From Lingula anatina (taxonomy: Eukaryota; Animalia; Brachiopoda), in assembly GCA_051362555.1 (NCBI GenBank), contig CM120643.1, forward strand, positions 16,868,848-16,932,847: DNA of 64,000 bases, read 5' to 3'. Made by a program: the position numbers and the translations under genes. Each line of letters opens with the position of its first letter. Position 1 is the stretch's first letter. The notes below the pieces were generated by a model that did no database searches, was not told the origin of the DNA, and was given only the letters and a program-made list of their open reading frames with translations. Positions 1 through 13,519 of this stretch are shown here, in pieces.

Positions 1-137
1 ATAACTCATTCTTATATAGACAAATGTACCAGTATGGATCCCTCAACTGAATCATTACACAATCATAATGATCAGTACATTGTTTTGTATGTTCAAGGTT
101 TTGATAACTGTCTTTTATGTATTTTGCTTTCATCTAG

Positions 138-2687
138 GCCTGCAATTCATTCGTGCTGAAGGATTTGTGTTTTCTCATGTTGCTGATGAAGGGCTTATGA
201 ATGCATGTGCAGCAGAGCTGTTACGATATCGTAAGCAAATTGGTGCCAGCCACATTCAGGTGTTCACTGACATCAAGAAGAAACACAGGTAAGGTTAAAA
301 TCATCTACAAAAATAATTGACATTTTGGATATTGTTCAGTTTTTATAGAGGAGCTTGAGCAGTATGTGTGTGTGTGTTGGGGGGGGGGGGATTTTTTTGC
401 TCTGTTGGGCATGTCTGCATGTAGAATAATCAATTGAAGCACAGAACAGATCTGTTCTACTGTCTTTTCTATTTCCCTCTTTTGTAAAGGTTGTCGGTTT
501 AAGAAATAAATTTTATGCTACAGTGTCTCTCTCTTTAATCTATATACATGTATAAATGACCACAATTTCCTAAATTAAACATCTCAAAAGATTGACCACA
601 GAAGTTCATGAACAGTCCATAAAAAACTTTGCAAAATTGCAAAAATGAATTTGTTCTGTTAAAAGATTATCATTTATTGTTTGCTTATTTTTATTCGCTT
701 TTATCAGTTAATTATGGAATACACAATTTTGACTTGAAAAAAAAAGACTATTTTTTCACTCTTTTTAGTTCTCACTCTATCACCAGTGACATCAGTATAG
801 CAGAGACAGCCAAGGCGGCAGAATTCTTCCTCAGTGATGGCGTGATAGTGACTGGCGCAGTGACCGGTGCCTCGGCTGACCTACAGGAGTTCAAAGGTGA
901 CCATGAAACTAAGAGGGCATTCCCAGAGATTTAGATCGATCTTACTAGATCGACCTAACTTCCTAGGGGTTCACGCTAAATTGCAGTCATCCACCGCACG
1001 GAAATTAATTACCCCCTTACAGCCTGTAGTAGGCGAGACAGACATTTAAGCCGGATTATCTGACAGTAATCTAGTGAGACTCCCCACAGGGATAGATCGA
1101 TCAACTTGTGTTGTTATGTTCCACATAAAAAGTCTAGCTGAGTTTCACCGGCCCCTCCAGCACTTGGTAAAGATTACTTGGACACATCATACATGTTTTT
1201 ATAACTAGGTAAATTATGTGATAAGATAGTTATATATAAATATTTAAATGATGGTTACAAGGGTTACAGTTATATCTAAATACATACACTTGCATGTGTT
1301 GAATAATTATCGAAGGTGTAGAAGAAAATTTCAAACTCAGTATCAGGCCTACCCAACTACCGGACACAACAGCGAACGATCCAGAATTCACCATAGATCA
1401 GGTCGCGCCACCAGTTTTCAGGGTGTGTATCAGTATGCGTTTCAAAGTATCAGACCCAGCACTCTCTTGCCTGGTACCCAATGTGATAGTGACGATTCTG
1501 CGCAGGGTTGGAAAGTAGTGCATCTCATCAAAATTCATGCACCAGTGCTATTTACCCTGTTTTATCGAACAATACTGTGATTTTTAAACATAAAGTTCAG
1601 GTTTGAACAAAGCCAACAATGTTATCTAAATAACTAGGTGCAGTCTTTTAATATTAATTTAGTAATGTAGATCTAATTCTGTCAGCAGAAGCATATCCTG
1701 TAAAGGGGTGAATAAAGTTGTTGTACAAAATTTGCCCCGGTATAATACTGTGAAATGTGCTCTGATACACACCTTGAAAACTGGCAGCGTGATCTAATCT
1801 ACTAGTTAATTCTGGATCCTTCGGTGCCATGCCTGGTGCTGGGGGTAGTTGGGTAGGCCTGACCATGAAGTTGAAAGTGCCCTGCAGTTATTTTCTAGTT
1901 ATAGTCTGTATTAGCTACATAATGATTGAAAGCTTAATTAACTCCTCACCCTCTTTGCCACCTTCTATTTTCTCTGAGTTAAGTACACTACTAGTACACT
2001 CCCTTAGTAAGTCAGAGGTCAGCATATGACAGAGAGGAAAACTTGATTGCCCCCCCCCCCCCCCCCCATTATCCTATCTATTATCCCATATTTAAGTGGT
2101 CAGCCCAGTCAATGCTGATCTGGATTAAAGAGGAATTATGTAGTGGAGAGAACATTCAATAATCTGCAAAACTAAGTCAAGTGTAAAACCTTTTTTTATT
2201 TTAATATCATATTCGTAGCTCAAGCTTTGTGAGGGAAATGAGATTTACATTTTAAAGTTGGAGCACTTACTCAAATATTTTGCATTCCTACTGTATATGG
2301 AAGTGAGTAAAGAAAATATTTTTATCCTTTTAAAAATGTGATCTTGCCATTACAGCTTACTAGTTATCAATGTGCAAAGAGCTAAGCTTACTTGATCATT
2401 AATTTTGATTGTATAGAGCCCAGATGCATTTAAAAACTCATAATGCATTATGCACATATTTATATGTATGTGGATTTGTTTGTTTTTCAGATGTGCAAAA
2501 AGCAGTAAAAATCCCAGTTTTGATCGGCTCAGGGGTTACAGTGGATAATGTGGAACAGTATGCCAGTGCCAATGCATTCATCATAGGATCGTACTTCAAA
2601 TATGGTGGACACTGGAGTAATGAGATCGACCCAACAAGAGTGGCAAAATTTATGGAGAAGGTTAAGCTTAAAATACAGACACCATAG
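138..2687 (+). CDS. BtpA/SgcQ-family (F13E9.13-like, TIM-barrel) protein, last three exons; 5' part lies outside the window
   Basis: Exons 138-288, 769-896 and 2491-2687 join in phase at GT-AG sites, giving GLQFIRAEGFVFSHVADEG...FTDIKKKHSSHSITSDISIAETAKAAEFFLSDGVIVTG...IPVLIGSGVTVDN...FIIGSYFK...TP*. These motifs are characteristic of the BtpA family. Confidence 0.92.
950..1102. mobile_element. Degenerate MITE, inverted relative of the element at 3168-3353
   Basis: Shares aggggttc..gctaaattgca and tagtgaga..cccc..ggatagatc ends with 3168-3353. The core attacccccttacagcctgtagtagg resembles the reverse complement of the core of that element. Confidence 0.55.
1343..1862. mobile_element. Foldback/MITE with ~120-bp imperfect inverted arms (CAGGCCTACCCAACTAC termini)
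   Basis: tcaggcctacccaactacc at 1343 pairs with ggtagttgggtaggcctga ending at 1862. The arms give nearly the same peptide (SFQGVYQ) on opposite strands in the ORF track. No clean TSD. Confidence 0.7.
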
Positions 2688-3167
2688 ACATAATTCTTGT
2701 GAGTTGACAATTTGAAAAGTTTTAAAGCTGTTGAAATTATATACATCTAGATGTAAATAAAGCAGGCAACATTCAGAAGAAATATATATATTCACATGTG
2801 TGTATAAGATCATGCATCACCACTATTTCAGAGGCAAGTAATGAAGATCTTTAGTTCTACTGTATAGCTTGAAATATGTGGCTGGACAGATTGTAATTGT
2901 TCCAGTGGGGGCACAGCATGTTGGTTTGCATGTTTGTGCATTTTAAGGTATTGTCTAGTCATGCTTGCATGTATCAACACATCATAAAGCTAAGATAGTT
3001 TCAGTTTACTGTATAAAGGCAGAGCTTACTTTTTACATCGCATTTATTTGAATATGTCCAGATGTGATAGTGCCAAGTGGAAAAATTATTTTGTCCTAAT
3101 TAGCAAAATCTAGATAAATATTTAAAAGAAGATTGATTTGCATTTTTAAGCGGCCATTACCAGACCT

Positions 3168-3353
3168 CGATCTATCTCCGAGGGGATTCTGGCTAAATTG
3201 CAATCAACTTAAGTGACTTAGATGTCTGTCACACCTACTGAAGCTGCTAGGGGGTAATTCATTATCGTCTAGCTGACTCGGTAGGGGTGCCAGACATCTA
3301 AGTCACTTAAACTGAAAGCAATTTAGTGAGAAACCCCTTGGAGATGGATAGAT
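3168..3353. mobile_element. Palindromic MITE downstream of the BtpA-like stop codon
   Basis: Arms gatctatctcc..aggggattct.gctaaattgc..ttaagtgacttagatgtctg and cagacatctaagtcacttaa..gcaatttagtgagaaacccc..ggatagatc. Confidence 0.75.
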
Positions 3354-6300
3354 CCTGTCAGATCAATCTAGGTATGGGGACCTAGTCTAATTCTTCGTCA
3401 TAGAAAAAGGCAGGTTGGCGACAACTAGCCAATGTCAACTTTATAAATGGTACCAAAGACTGAAAGTTATGAACTGGGTTGAATTTTCAGAAACTTATGG
3501 TAACATGCTGGTTAAAAGCACTTTTGAAAAGGTGGAATTTTAATTTCCCTGCTGTTGTACATTCATAAGATTATATGAGAACATATGTTATGTACTAGAC
3601 TTTTTTATTAATTGAAATATTTATAGCAGAGTTTTATTATAATATGATTTATATATTACCTTGAATTTTCTAAATGGGATTTTCCATATATTTCATAAAC
3701 CAGGTTATGTATTTGAAATCATGTTATAGTTAATATTTTTTATTTAGACAAAAAATATTCTTCGTTTTTTGTTTTTTTTTCACAAGATCTACAGAGCCTG
3801 TGTGTGTTATCTGATATAACTCTACCATTCCATTATGGACTTATCATGGTAGAATATGGTCACAGAGGCTGCAAATAAATAAGTTGAATTCGTGACAACT
3901 GAAAATTAGGAGCAGACCTCAACGCTCTTTGAGCATCCTACAGAAATCCCACTGCTGTCATTTTTTAGTCTTCAGGAAAACGGTAGGCAAATGTCAGAAA
4001 ACCTTTGTTGTCAGCCTTAATGGAAAAAGATCAGTTTCAATTTGCTTTTTCTAAAACGTTTCTGGGTCTTCCCATCAATTCTGTAACATCAGTGAGCATG
4101 GACATAAAATTCAAGTTTGATCCAAGTTTTTTATATTTGGACTTTTTCAGCTGTAAAAGCAATTTGCTTAATAATAGCAATGTTTAACTTTGGACATATA
4201 CATGATATTAGTTATTGGAAATAAACTTCCGTCTGAGCCACTTGAAGTGGATCATCAGGTCTCTGCCAGGAATCATTTTAATGCACAGATCAAGGTAATG
4301 GATGACAAACACAGATAAAATTGATTTCAAACTCACAACAGTTTATTGAGTACTCTCTCTGCCTAGGAACACAATGCAAATTTCAATAAAACATACCCGC
4401 AGCATTCATACAGCATAATGTGGATGAATCAGACATATACGTGATGGCAGTCTTAAAAGGATACATGTATCTTGCCTTTGAATGATATAGTTATGACGAT
4501 ATAATATAGTAATGGCAGAGGTGGGTTTTCTTCACACTGTAGCATTCTCACACAGAAAAATTGAAAGTCCAGTCGTTCACATGCTACTGTTCCTGTCACT
4601 GCTGCAAGTTGACAGTTGCTACTGCTGCCATGTTGGTACTGGTACAATGTATGGTGATACAAACACACCAGTTGTCTATAATGGATCAAGACGATTAAAT
4701 ATGGAACTCACAAACCAGTCAGAGAAATTGAAAATTCTACTGTTCTTAAATGTTCTATAAAATTCTTCAATGCCTTAGAGCTTGGTTATCATTTGCATAG
4801 TAAGACCATCTACATGTACTAGAATCCATGTGTAATATGTTGTTTTGCACGAATTATTGTAATTGTTGCATTCTTGTCTTCAACCAATATGCATTTGTGC
4901 TCTGAGTATAATAGTTTGTTGTTTTGTTTGTTTTGTGTTTATATTTAATTGAACCAAGTGTAAGCTACATGTACCAAATACACTATACTTAAATATGTAA
5001 TACATATTAATGTTATTTTTTGTGTTGTTTATTAATTTATGGCCCTTTTAAAAATACTGACATGTGCAAGAATTCAATCACCAACATGTATGTTTTAAGC
5101 TTTTTTTTTTTTGTTCATCAATGAATGTAACTTTTCATCTAATCTCTATCACATACTAGCATGCATTACCCTCAGTATAAGACTAAGGCATGTGGTAAAT
5201 TCATTAGGATATTGCCAAATGTGCACCTTCAAACTGGATTTTCCACCAGTAAATTTAAATATAGCAACCTTTAAAACCTTAAACAGGTGGTAATTAAATA
5301 TACCCTAGACTAACCACCTCCAACACGTAAACCACAAGTATATAAAAGCACAGTAAATACGTGTATAATATTACACTCAAATTGGAACTAACTGTCAACA
5401 TTCAGCATTTAAAAACAATTCCAAAAGACACATTTGAATAAATGAAAAATAAAAACACCCAGCCCATTCCAGCAGTTAAACAGTTCAAGTTTTCATCTTG
5501 AAATGGCATGCAGACTAAATGCTTAAAATAAAATGTAAAAATTCAGATGGTGAACTTTTTATATATATATATATGGGCATGCTGCTGTTATAACTGACTC
5601 ATTGCAATTAAAATTTTGATTCAAAACTGTTTCTTGCAAAATATCACATAACTTGTCACATATTCCCATAAAGTGTCTTAAGGGCTTTACACCTCTTGAT
5701 ATGTAAACTATATGGCAGCCTATCTTTGAACTTGGATCTATGTCAAGCTGTCCCTGACTAAAATCCAAGGCCAAGAATAAATCATGTACATAATAGTGCA
5801 TTGTATGGAATAAGCCGGTAAACATCATAAACGGGTAAACTGAGATTCATGTTAATGTCTCATATTAGTGAAAATGATGTCTCGAGTTGTGCAGAGAATA
5901 TTCAGGACGTGTATAACAGACAATTGAGCCCACAACATAATTTTGTACAAGGGGAGTAAATAGAGACAACTAGAGAAAGGGAACCAGTATGACATAAATA
6001 GCAGTGATGGTAACATCATGAAGCAAGAACCAGTCTTGCCACATGTTGTCATGTTCATGTTATCTGTCTTATTACAAGGCCTTGTATTGAAAATATGGCT
6101 TCATCTCGTGTGTAACAGCATAACAACTGTGACTGATTGTGATGGATGGATTAAGACGTTATTGCGGCAGACATTTGTTTTCCAACTTCCACCTGCTTTC
6201 TTTTCCCTGAGCTGTGACTTCATATGCTTAGTTACTATAGATAACAATCCTGAATGTAAATTTGTATACATGCATCCAGCTTTGACATATTAGTTGTGGA

Positions 6301-7381
6301 CAGAGTTGTCTGAGGTGTAAATACCCTGTCACTGTCAGTGTGACATGATGTGTCCGTGTGTCCTCTCTCTGTGACGAGACCTTGCATGACTCGTCATTTA
6401 TGTAGCAAAATGTTTGCTGCAGAACAAGTGGCATTGTAACATACTTGTGTGATGTTAGACATTAGTGTGACATTTGACATTTATGTGACATTTCACATTG
6501 ACCTGGTCTGATAGGCTGTTAGAAGAAATTGTATCTTTTCACGAAGTAATCAAATTGTTTTTGTCAGCAGCAGCCTGTGTAATTGTGACAAGTACGTAGA
6601 CATTTCACTTGTCACACCAGTTGTGACATCATGTCTTGAACACCGTGACATCATGAACATTGATACTAACACCACTGTGACATCACTCAGATTGTGACAT
6701 CACAGGTATTTTAAAATTTGCAGCATACACAGTATAACAGCACTGACAGTATGCTAATTGGACATGTTCCTATCATTTAATACATCTACATATACGACAT
6801 TACTGCAACTGTGACTTCAACATGACATCTTCTAAATCCAATACCTATATATACTCTTATGTATAAGATAAACAATAAATAACAAAGTTCTTGGCAATGG
6901 TCAGGTCCAGTAATCTGTGAACTCGTCCAGGGTCGGTCAAGGTCCAAATGAATGTACAATTCATAACTGCTGGACATGTACTCTAACAGGCATGTCAAAA
7001 ATGAGTTTTTAAATCCAAGTTCAATTTCTTTTCCCTTCAAATGAATGATGCAGGTATCCAGAGATCAATTATGTGCACAATAGTACAATCATTGATCTAC
7101 AGAAGTGGTGACATGTTGTGTTCTTTTCCCCTGTGAGTATGTGACAATTGATGCTAGGTATAAATAGCCTTCTGATGACAGGATGGATTGAACAGAATAC
7201 ATGGTTTCAGGGAGAATTTCCTTTTCATAATCAATTGCACATACTGGGCAGGTTCTTGACGATAAAATAATGACACAAACTGCTTTCTCTATTTTTCCTG
7301 CTATTTTTCTGTCCAGCTATTATGATTGAATGTATCAGTCCTTCTGTAGTTCACGTTAAGTGATATTCAAGTTAAAATCTT

Positions 7382-9606
7382 TTAGTGCTGTTGTTTCCTG
7401 GTGCCAGGCTGTTTGATTTTCCTCTGGTGCAGTGCTTTAGCGTTGGAGAAACGTTCGTGCACCTGGTTAGCACGTGTGAGCTGTTTCTTCCTCAAATTGC
7501 GAGTAGTGACCTGATGGTGGCTCCTTTGCATAGATTTCACAGACTGCGCCTGCGCTGCAACAAGGCCTGCTCGTGCAGCCACAGCACGTGGCCTGTGCGG
7601 AGGTCTGTGGATGACTGGTCTATTTTGCTCATTTTCAGTGGAAGACTCAGAATCCAGAGAATCGTCAGCACCTGTGCTCGACCCTCGTGGCCGCGGCCCA
7701 TACACAGACATACTGGGGTGTTCTATGAGTAGATTCTCCATGGGCCCCGTCTCCAGCCTGCCGCTCCCTGCAGTGAAACAAGGGGGTGGAGTCACTAGCC
7801 AGCTATCCCAAGGGGACTGATGATCTGGTTGGGCATGGCCAGAAGACCCCCGGGACCCCTGGGAGTCCCTAGAGCTATTGGAATGGTCGCGTTGTTTTAT
7901 TATATGTGGGACATTGTCAGTTTGTGATGGTAATGGCACTTGAGATGGAGAGAATGGAGGAGGGGTTTGAGATTCGACACGTGCCGTACAAGTTAGCGTG
8001 CTTGATGAAGAAGTAGTAGTAGTAGTGGTGGAACTAGTATCTGAAATAGAATATTATAAATTATGATAAGATACCTTCCTAGCTCACCATCCTCTACACA
8101 GATAGACCAACACCAAGGAAAGCACAGAGGATAGCTAGAGGGAAATAAAAAAGATGGGCACCCCAGATTAAATATTTAGAAGATATAATTTACAGTTGTG
8201 ACATATCTTTTTGTTTGCCTTGTAAATCATTTTTCTTTACATTTTTCATTGATTATATTCAAAGGCTTTTAAAATAATTATTCAAGACTAATAATTTTTC
8301 CTTGTTTGACTTTTGTCATTTTTTTAAATATTGCTAAATCTCAAATCAACTGCATGAGACTAAGGCATTAATTAATACATGTGTAAAGTAGATAATGCTT
8401 TTGGCAAAAGATATATATTCAGACTTAAGAATATGAGAGATGACCACATACAATGTAGTTTTATCCCTCATTGTGCTATGAGATCCAGTTAATATGTAGT
8501 TATTATTCACCTAGAATGGTGAAAAAATGTCCTGTTGAGAGGCTATTAGTAGATGTCTGTCTTAACGTGCTATAAATTATTGTAAAAGTGACACTTTAAC
8601 CTATTTAATGACAATTGGCAGCTGATCCTTGAGCTAGAGCCATACCTGATCATACCTGACATAGGCTGTGGCAGCTGTTGTGTGCCTTGTGTAATGTCAC
8701 AGGTATAAGAGGGTTATTTTATAAGACAGTAGATTATAACGTCTGGCAGTCTCAGGGACTTAATTATGTAGTTATATATATACAAGTTCAAGATCCTATT
8801 CTACTATGGCAGACCACACCCGTGGGACAGAGAAGGGGGGGGGGTTGTGAGATAAAAAAAGAACTGCCCTTCTGGCTGGAAAAGGTCAATTTGAAAACGG
8901 GTGACACTGGACATTAAAGAAAAATTGCTAGACAAAAGACCAACATTGTGTTTTGTCAGAGTAGTGTGTGCCAATAACGTGTATCTTAATCATTCTAAGC
9001 TGACTCCAAAGTCAACTGACAAGATGCCAGACAGCTGCTGTATGTCTACAGAGCTGGGACTGGTTACAAAAAACAACTAAAGACCGAAAAAATTGGTCTA
9101 AATTTTTAGATCATAACATGTTTTTTTTTCAGTCCAAACTAAATCCTCAGTAGTCAATATGAATAAAGTATTGATCTCAAGCATCAGCAGTGTCTTTCTT
9201 TGAGACACTTTATATTTCATTTTATAGGACAGCGTACTAGTATGTACTACATGCTGGTTTATCTTCACTTAAGACCAACTTTCAGTCTCAAGTCATCTAG
9301 TGAAACAGGTCCCTGGAGCCAGGTGTGCGAGGGCAGCTATCACACCTGTACATAAAACATTCACCTGTATACACTGTAGAGTGGTTTATCAATACGGTGT
9401 TAACATATATGTAGCATATGGAGATTTGATTGCATTACTTCACACAGAAAACTTTTAGCCCCCCAAAAAATTTAACCCGAAAGAAACACACTGTGGCAGA
9501 AATGTAACTTCTATCTCATTTTCATCGTAGCCAGAGCAAAATTTTGTTGCATGTTTGTGAAAATGAACATGCTACCAGCATGACATTAGCAAAAAGTTTT
9601 CCTAAT

Positions 9607-9686
<80 letters not shown>

Positions 9687-10865
9687 GGTGTCTTATCATA
9701 ATATATATATGAATGAGAAGCTATATTGACTCAATCTACAGAAGGGGTCAGCGTTAGCATCTGTTGCTTAAATTGCCTCATGTGTGGAGATTAAGTGACC
9801 CACCTGTCTCACCTGTGTATACAGGTGTTATGAGCTGCAGATGAAACAATACTATGTTCACCAAGTGACAGGGGTCAAAATGTCTGCAGAAATCCTCAGT
9901 GTTTGATTAGCTATGGTGTATATGGGACTAGGGATTTTTATAATATCCTTCATTTGGTTTTAATCCATACTAGTACTCCTATGTAGATTTATTACCAGGC
10001 AAAGGAGGGTTTTAATAAGCTACACTTCATACATATATTGATAACCCCACAGGAAATTACACATTCCTTGTATCTATCCATGGTTGCTGACTTTAAACCC
10101 CGCTTTTATAGTGCCATTATTATAATATCAAGCTTCATGCCTTATATTATCATATATGTTATAATTGGTATATAGCTGCCAACTTGTGCAGTAGTGTCAT
10201 CCTCTCTTCCTCCTGTGCATGGATTATGTGTGATCATATTAATGCTTTCTGACAATGTATATGTTGAACAGTTTGTAACAGTGGTCTGTAATGTTTAAGT
10301 ATTTTGTGTGTGTTTGGGGGGGGGGGGGGGGGGGAGAGAGATTTAAAGAAATTTACAATAAACAAGCTCTCATATAATCTGTATAGAAACCAAATCATCT
10401 AGCCCCTTGGGAAAGCAGCAGCAAGAGGAAATGAAAGGATAGAAAGCAGAAGCATTTACTAAATTAGTGATTCAAAAGCATGTGGCAAAAAACATAATGA
10501 CATGTTTAATATACTATTAGGAAAATAACTGAATATGTTGTAACATATTTAATTGAATCATATTACTTTAACTTCTCAAGTTAAACAGAAATTATTTTTA
10601 TGCTATTAGTGCTTACTGTTTTATACAAATTACTCAAGAGACTATTTTAATTAAAATTTATCAATTTCCCAAAAATCAAAATTAAGCAATCAAGAAAAGC
10701 TTTGACAAATTAAATATGACATTTGAAGAGATAGAATCAAGTCATACTTGTCCTGTCCACTAGCACCCATTCATTTTCTGCGAGGGTTGTCTTGAGATCA
10801 ACTGCCTCGTGTGGCGCCTCCTCTGGGCCAGCACCAAAGATAAGGTTGGACAAACCACTCAGCAT
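7382..10865 (-). CDS. TP53INP1: TP53INP1/TP53INP2 (DOR) family autophagy regulator, about 258 aa
   Basis: Coding exons 10865-10748 (MLSGLSNLIFG...ENEWVLVDRT, LIR-type WVLV) and 8040-7382 join in phase 1. The DOR domain DSWLVTPPPCFTAG...PMENLLIEHPSMSVY and a basic C-terminus are present. Which vertebrate paralog it matches cannot be resolved. Confidence 0.92.
9056..9313. mobile_element. Degenerate Harbinger-like MITE (GGGNCTGGTTTCA family), copy 1
   Basis: Ends gggactggttac and gtgaaacaggtccc, with internal attggtctaaatttttagatca and ttaagaccaa shared with 11851-12056 and 42470-42725. Confidence 0.55.
9610..9683. repeat. (TA)n microsatellite
   Basis: About 37 perfect TA units. Confidence 0.97.
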
Positions 10866-11850
10866 TTTCTACGCTAACTTCACACAAACAACACTTGAGA
10901 TCTGAAATATAAATATAAAAAGAACACAGGTACTTGAATATTATGGGAAGAGATAATGGATGCAAGTAATGTAATCATGTACACTTTTTGTTGATTGTTT
11001 GCCTACCTTTAGCAGACCCAGCATGATGTAATGCAGTCAATGCCCCTGGTGCATTTCTATGTTCTCGACAGACACTTCTAATAAACAGTTAATTGACAAA
11101 CATGAAAAGTTTTAATTTTAAGAAGGATCATGATCAAAGGTGTCGCTTCTTGAGAACAATAACTTTTATAGCTGTATTGTTTAAATTGGAAAAGAGACAT
11201 AACCTATTGATAAAGTCACTACACATGAAAGGCACAAAGTAGCTTTACCTGGTGGATACTTCATCAACTAATGAATATATTGGGAATCTAGACTGTTTAT
11301 GTACATTTAAGTGGGGATCCAGCCATATCTAACAACAGCGTCAATTGTTGGTTTTATGCAATAGTTGAGGTAATAACAGATTACTCCTTACTCCTATAAA
11401 AACTTTGGGGGTTAATTAGGGTGGCCAACAATAGGTGTGGAACAAGCTGGATCAGTCTCACTGCAAGTGGAGTCGGCCTTCTGGCCTAATATCTCTGTCT
11501 CTGTTCTGTGCTAAATTTAATAATTAAAAATAATGAAGTGTTTGTTCCCCCTGAAGATTTGCCTTTCAAAGTTCTGAAACTAATGCTACTTGTGAGTCGG
11601 ACTATTCCAGGACACTTTCCATGGGTACATGCAACTGAGAGACACTTGATCACTTTTCTATTATTTAAAACCCTGTTACAATTGCCTGGTAGTTTACACA
11701 CATTTAATACCAGATAATCTCACACCCAATAGTAAATCCCCTGCTTATCCCTAGCAAAGGTGCAAAAGTGGAGAAAAAAGGTATTTAACTGTTCTATTTC
11801 TCTATGGCAGAAGTTAATTGTTGTATTTAGCAGGAAAAGTTGACAGCCAA

Positions 11851-12056
11851 GGGCTGGTCTCATAAAAAACCTTGGGCCCAACAATAGGTCTAAATTTTAG
11901 ATCAAAATTTTGGAACTATTCTGTTCAGGGTAAATCCCTAGTAGTCTCCTGAAATTAACGAAAATTTATTTTACCTTGGAATCACAGTAGACTTACGTTT
12001 TGGTCTAAAGGTTAAGACCAATTTTGAGCCAAAGTTCTTTACATGAAGCACTGGCC
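11851..12056. mobile_element. Degenerate Harbinger-like MITE, copy 2
   Basis: gggctggtctcataaaaaacctt...ggtctaaattttagatcaa...ttaagaccaattttgagcc...atgaagcactggcc. Confidence 0.55.
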
Positions 12057-13519
12057 TCAGGGATAATGAGCCCTTGCCAAGAAGAGTCAAAGGTGTAAAG
12101 AGGCAGGCAGCACACTGTCTGAATACACCTATATAATGACATACCTGGGTGAAGCAAGAAGGGAATTAGATGTACAAATAACAGGCACCAGGATTAGATT
12201 GAGGAGCTGCTATGCTCAGGCCTACAGTACTCCATCCTGCTGAACCTGGCCTGTATTTACTTTGATCATTACCTGCTGCTATGCGCTTCAGTATAGAAAC
12301 TGATCATTTGCTAACTAAATTATACCTCCTATACCTGTATGGGTGAGTATAAAGTGATAAAGGGCAAAAATTTACAAAACTGCATTTTTTTCTGTGCAAA
12401 AATACATCCAGGCATATTTGTGGTCTAGTCCAGACAAACTGTTTCAAGGGGTTCGGATCTGTCTAAGATGTTTAACTTTTATCTCATTCAAGTGCCCTAT
12501 GTCTTTATGTTTTTGAAAGTAAACCTGATAAACTCAACTATGTCCAGGTTTCTGAATGGCCTAACATATGAGACTTTCTGAAAGAAATGACTAATTCCTA
12601 CAAATTTTATGTTGGTATGAAAAATTCACAATAGGTATATATTCAGTCAAAAAATGTTTATGGAAAAGAGAAGATGTTTAAATTGTGCATTATGCAGGTA
12701 CTATATAATAATGCCAAAACCCATATGTTATTATAATACACCATGAACATGACCCTGTATTTAGGTCACTGATCTGTTATAAAGCCCCTACATTTCACAG
12801 ATTGCATCACATCTCTGGGTGAATACTGCTGTGAAGGTTCACATATTTCATTTGTCATACCTGGTATTTGTCATTCAAGTTGTAATTTGAGGAGTGCAAA
12901 GGTCAAACGGGGGAAGATGTACTCTCTGACCACAGGGTGTGCTAGTATATAGTCTGTTACAAAAAATGCTGAAAGCCTATAGTGTGATTTTGTATAGTAT
13001 TTTAGTGGTCCCCTGATTTCAGAGGGTAGGGAAGATGGGGGAGGGGTAGATAGGGGACATAAACTGTATGTCTCTTTTCTTTGACTCAGTGAAGCCTGTT
13101 CTGAAGTTCAAATTTATCTTTTCAGGGATTAAAATCTAAACGACTGCAATCTTGTATTGGATGGAAACAATCCCAAGAAGCCCTTGTTTTGAAATAGAGA
13201 GAGAAGATCAAAAAGATTATGAAAGGGATCTGTCAATGACAAAACTCAGGTCTGCCTTCCTCTCTTGTTCATTTATGATATTTGACTCAAGGAATATTGT
13301 ACTAGCTATAGTAGATACAAGATGAATTTATCTGGGGAAATGTGTTATTGATTTGTGCAGAAAATATTGTGGCTTTATATACATATTGATGAGCTTTGCA
13401 TCCACCCAGCTAGAATGGGAGCCCCCGCTGCCCACAGGAGCCCAGGCTGCCAGAGAGACTGCCAGGGAGACTGTCCTTTTGCAGTCTGGGGCTCCAGTGT
13501 GCAGTCTCCTTGAGCAGGC

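Noticed and set aside
7385-7820. Plus-strand ORFs of 115 and 69 aa
   Set aside because: Antisense shadows of the TP53INP exon, with no splice or family support.
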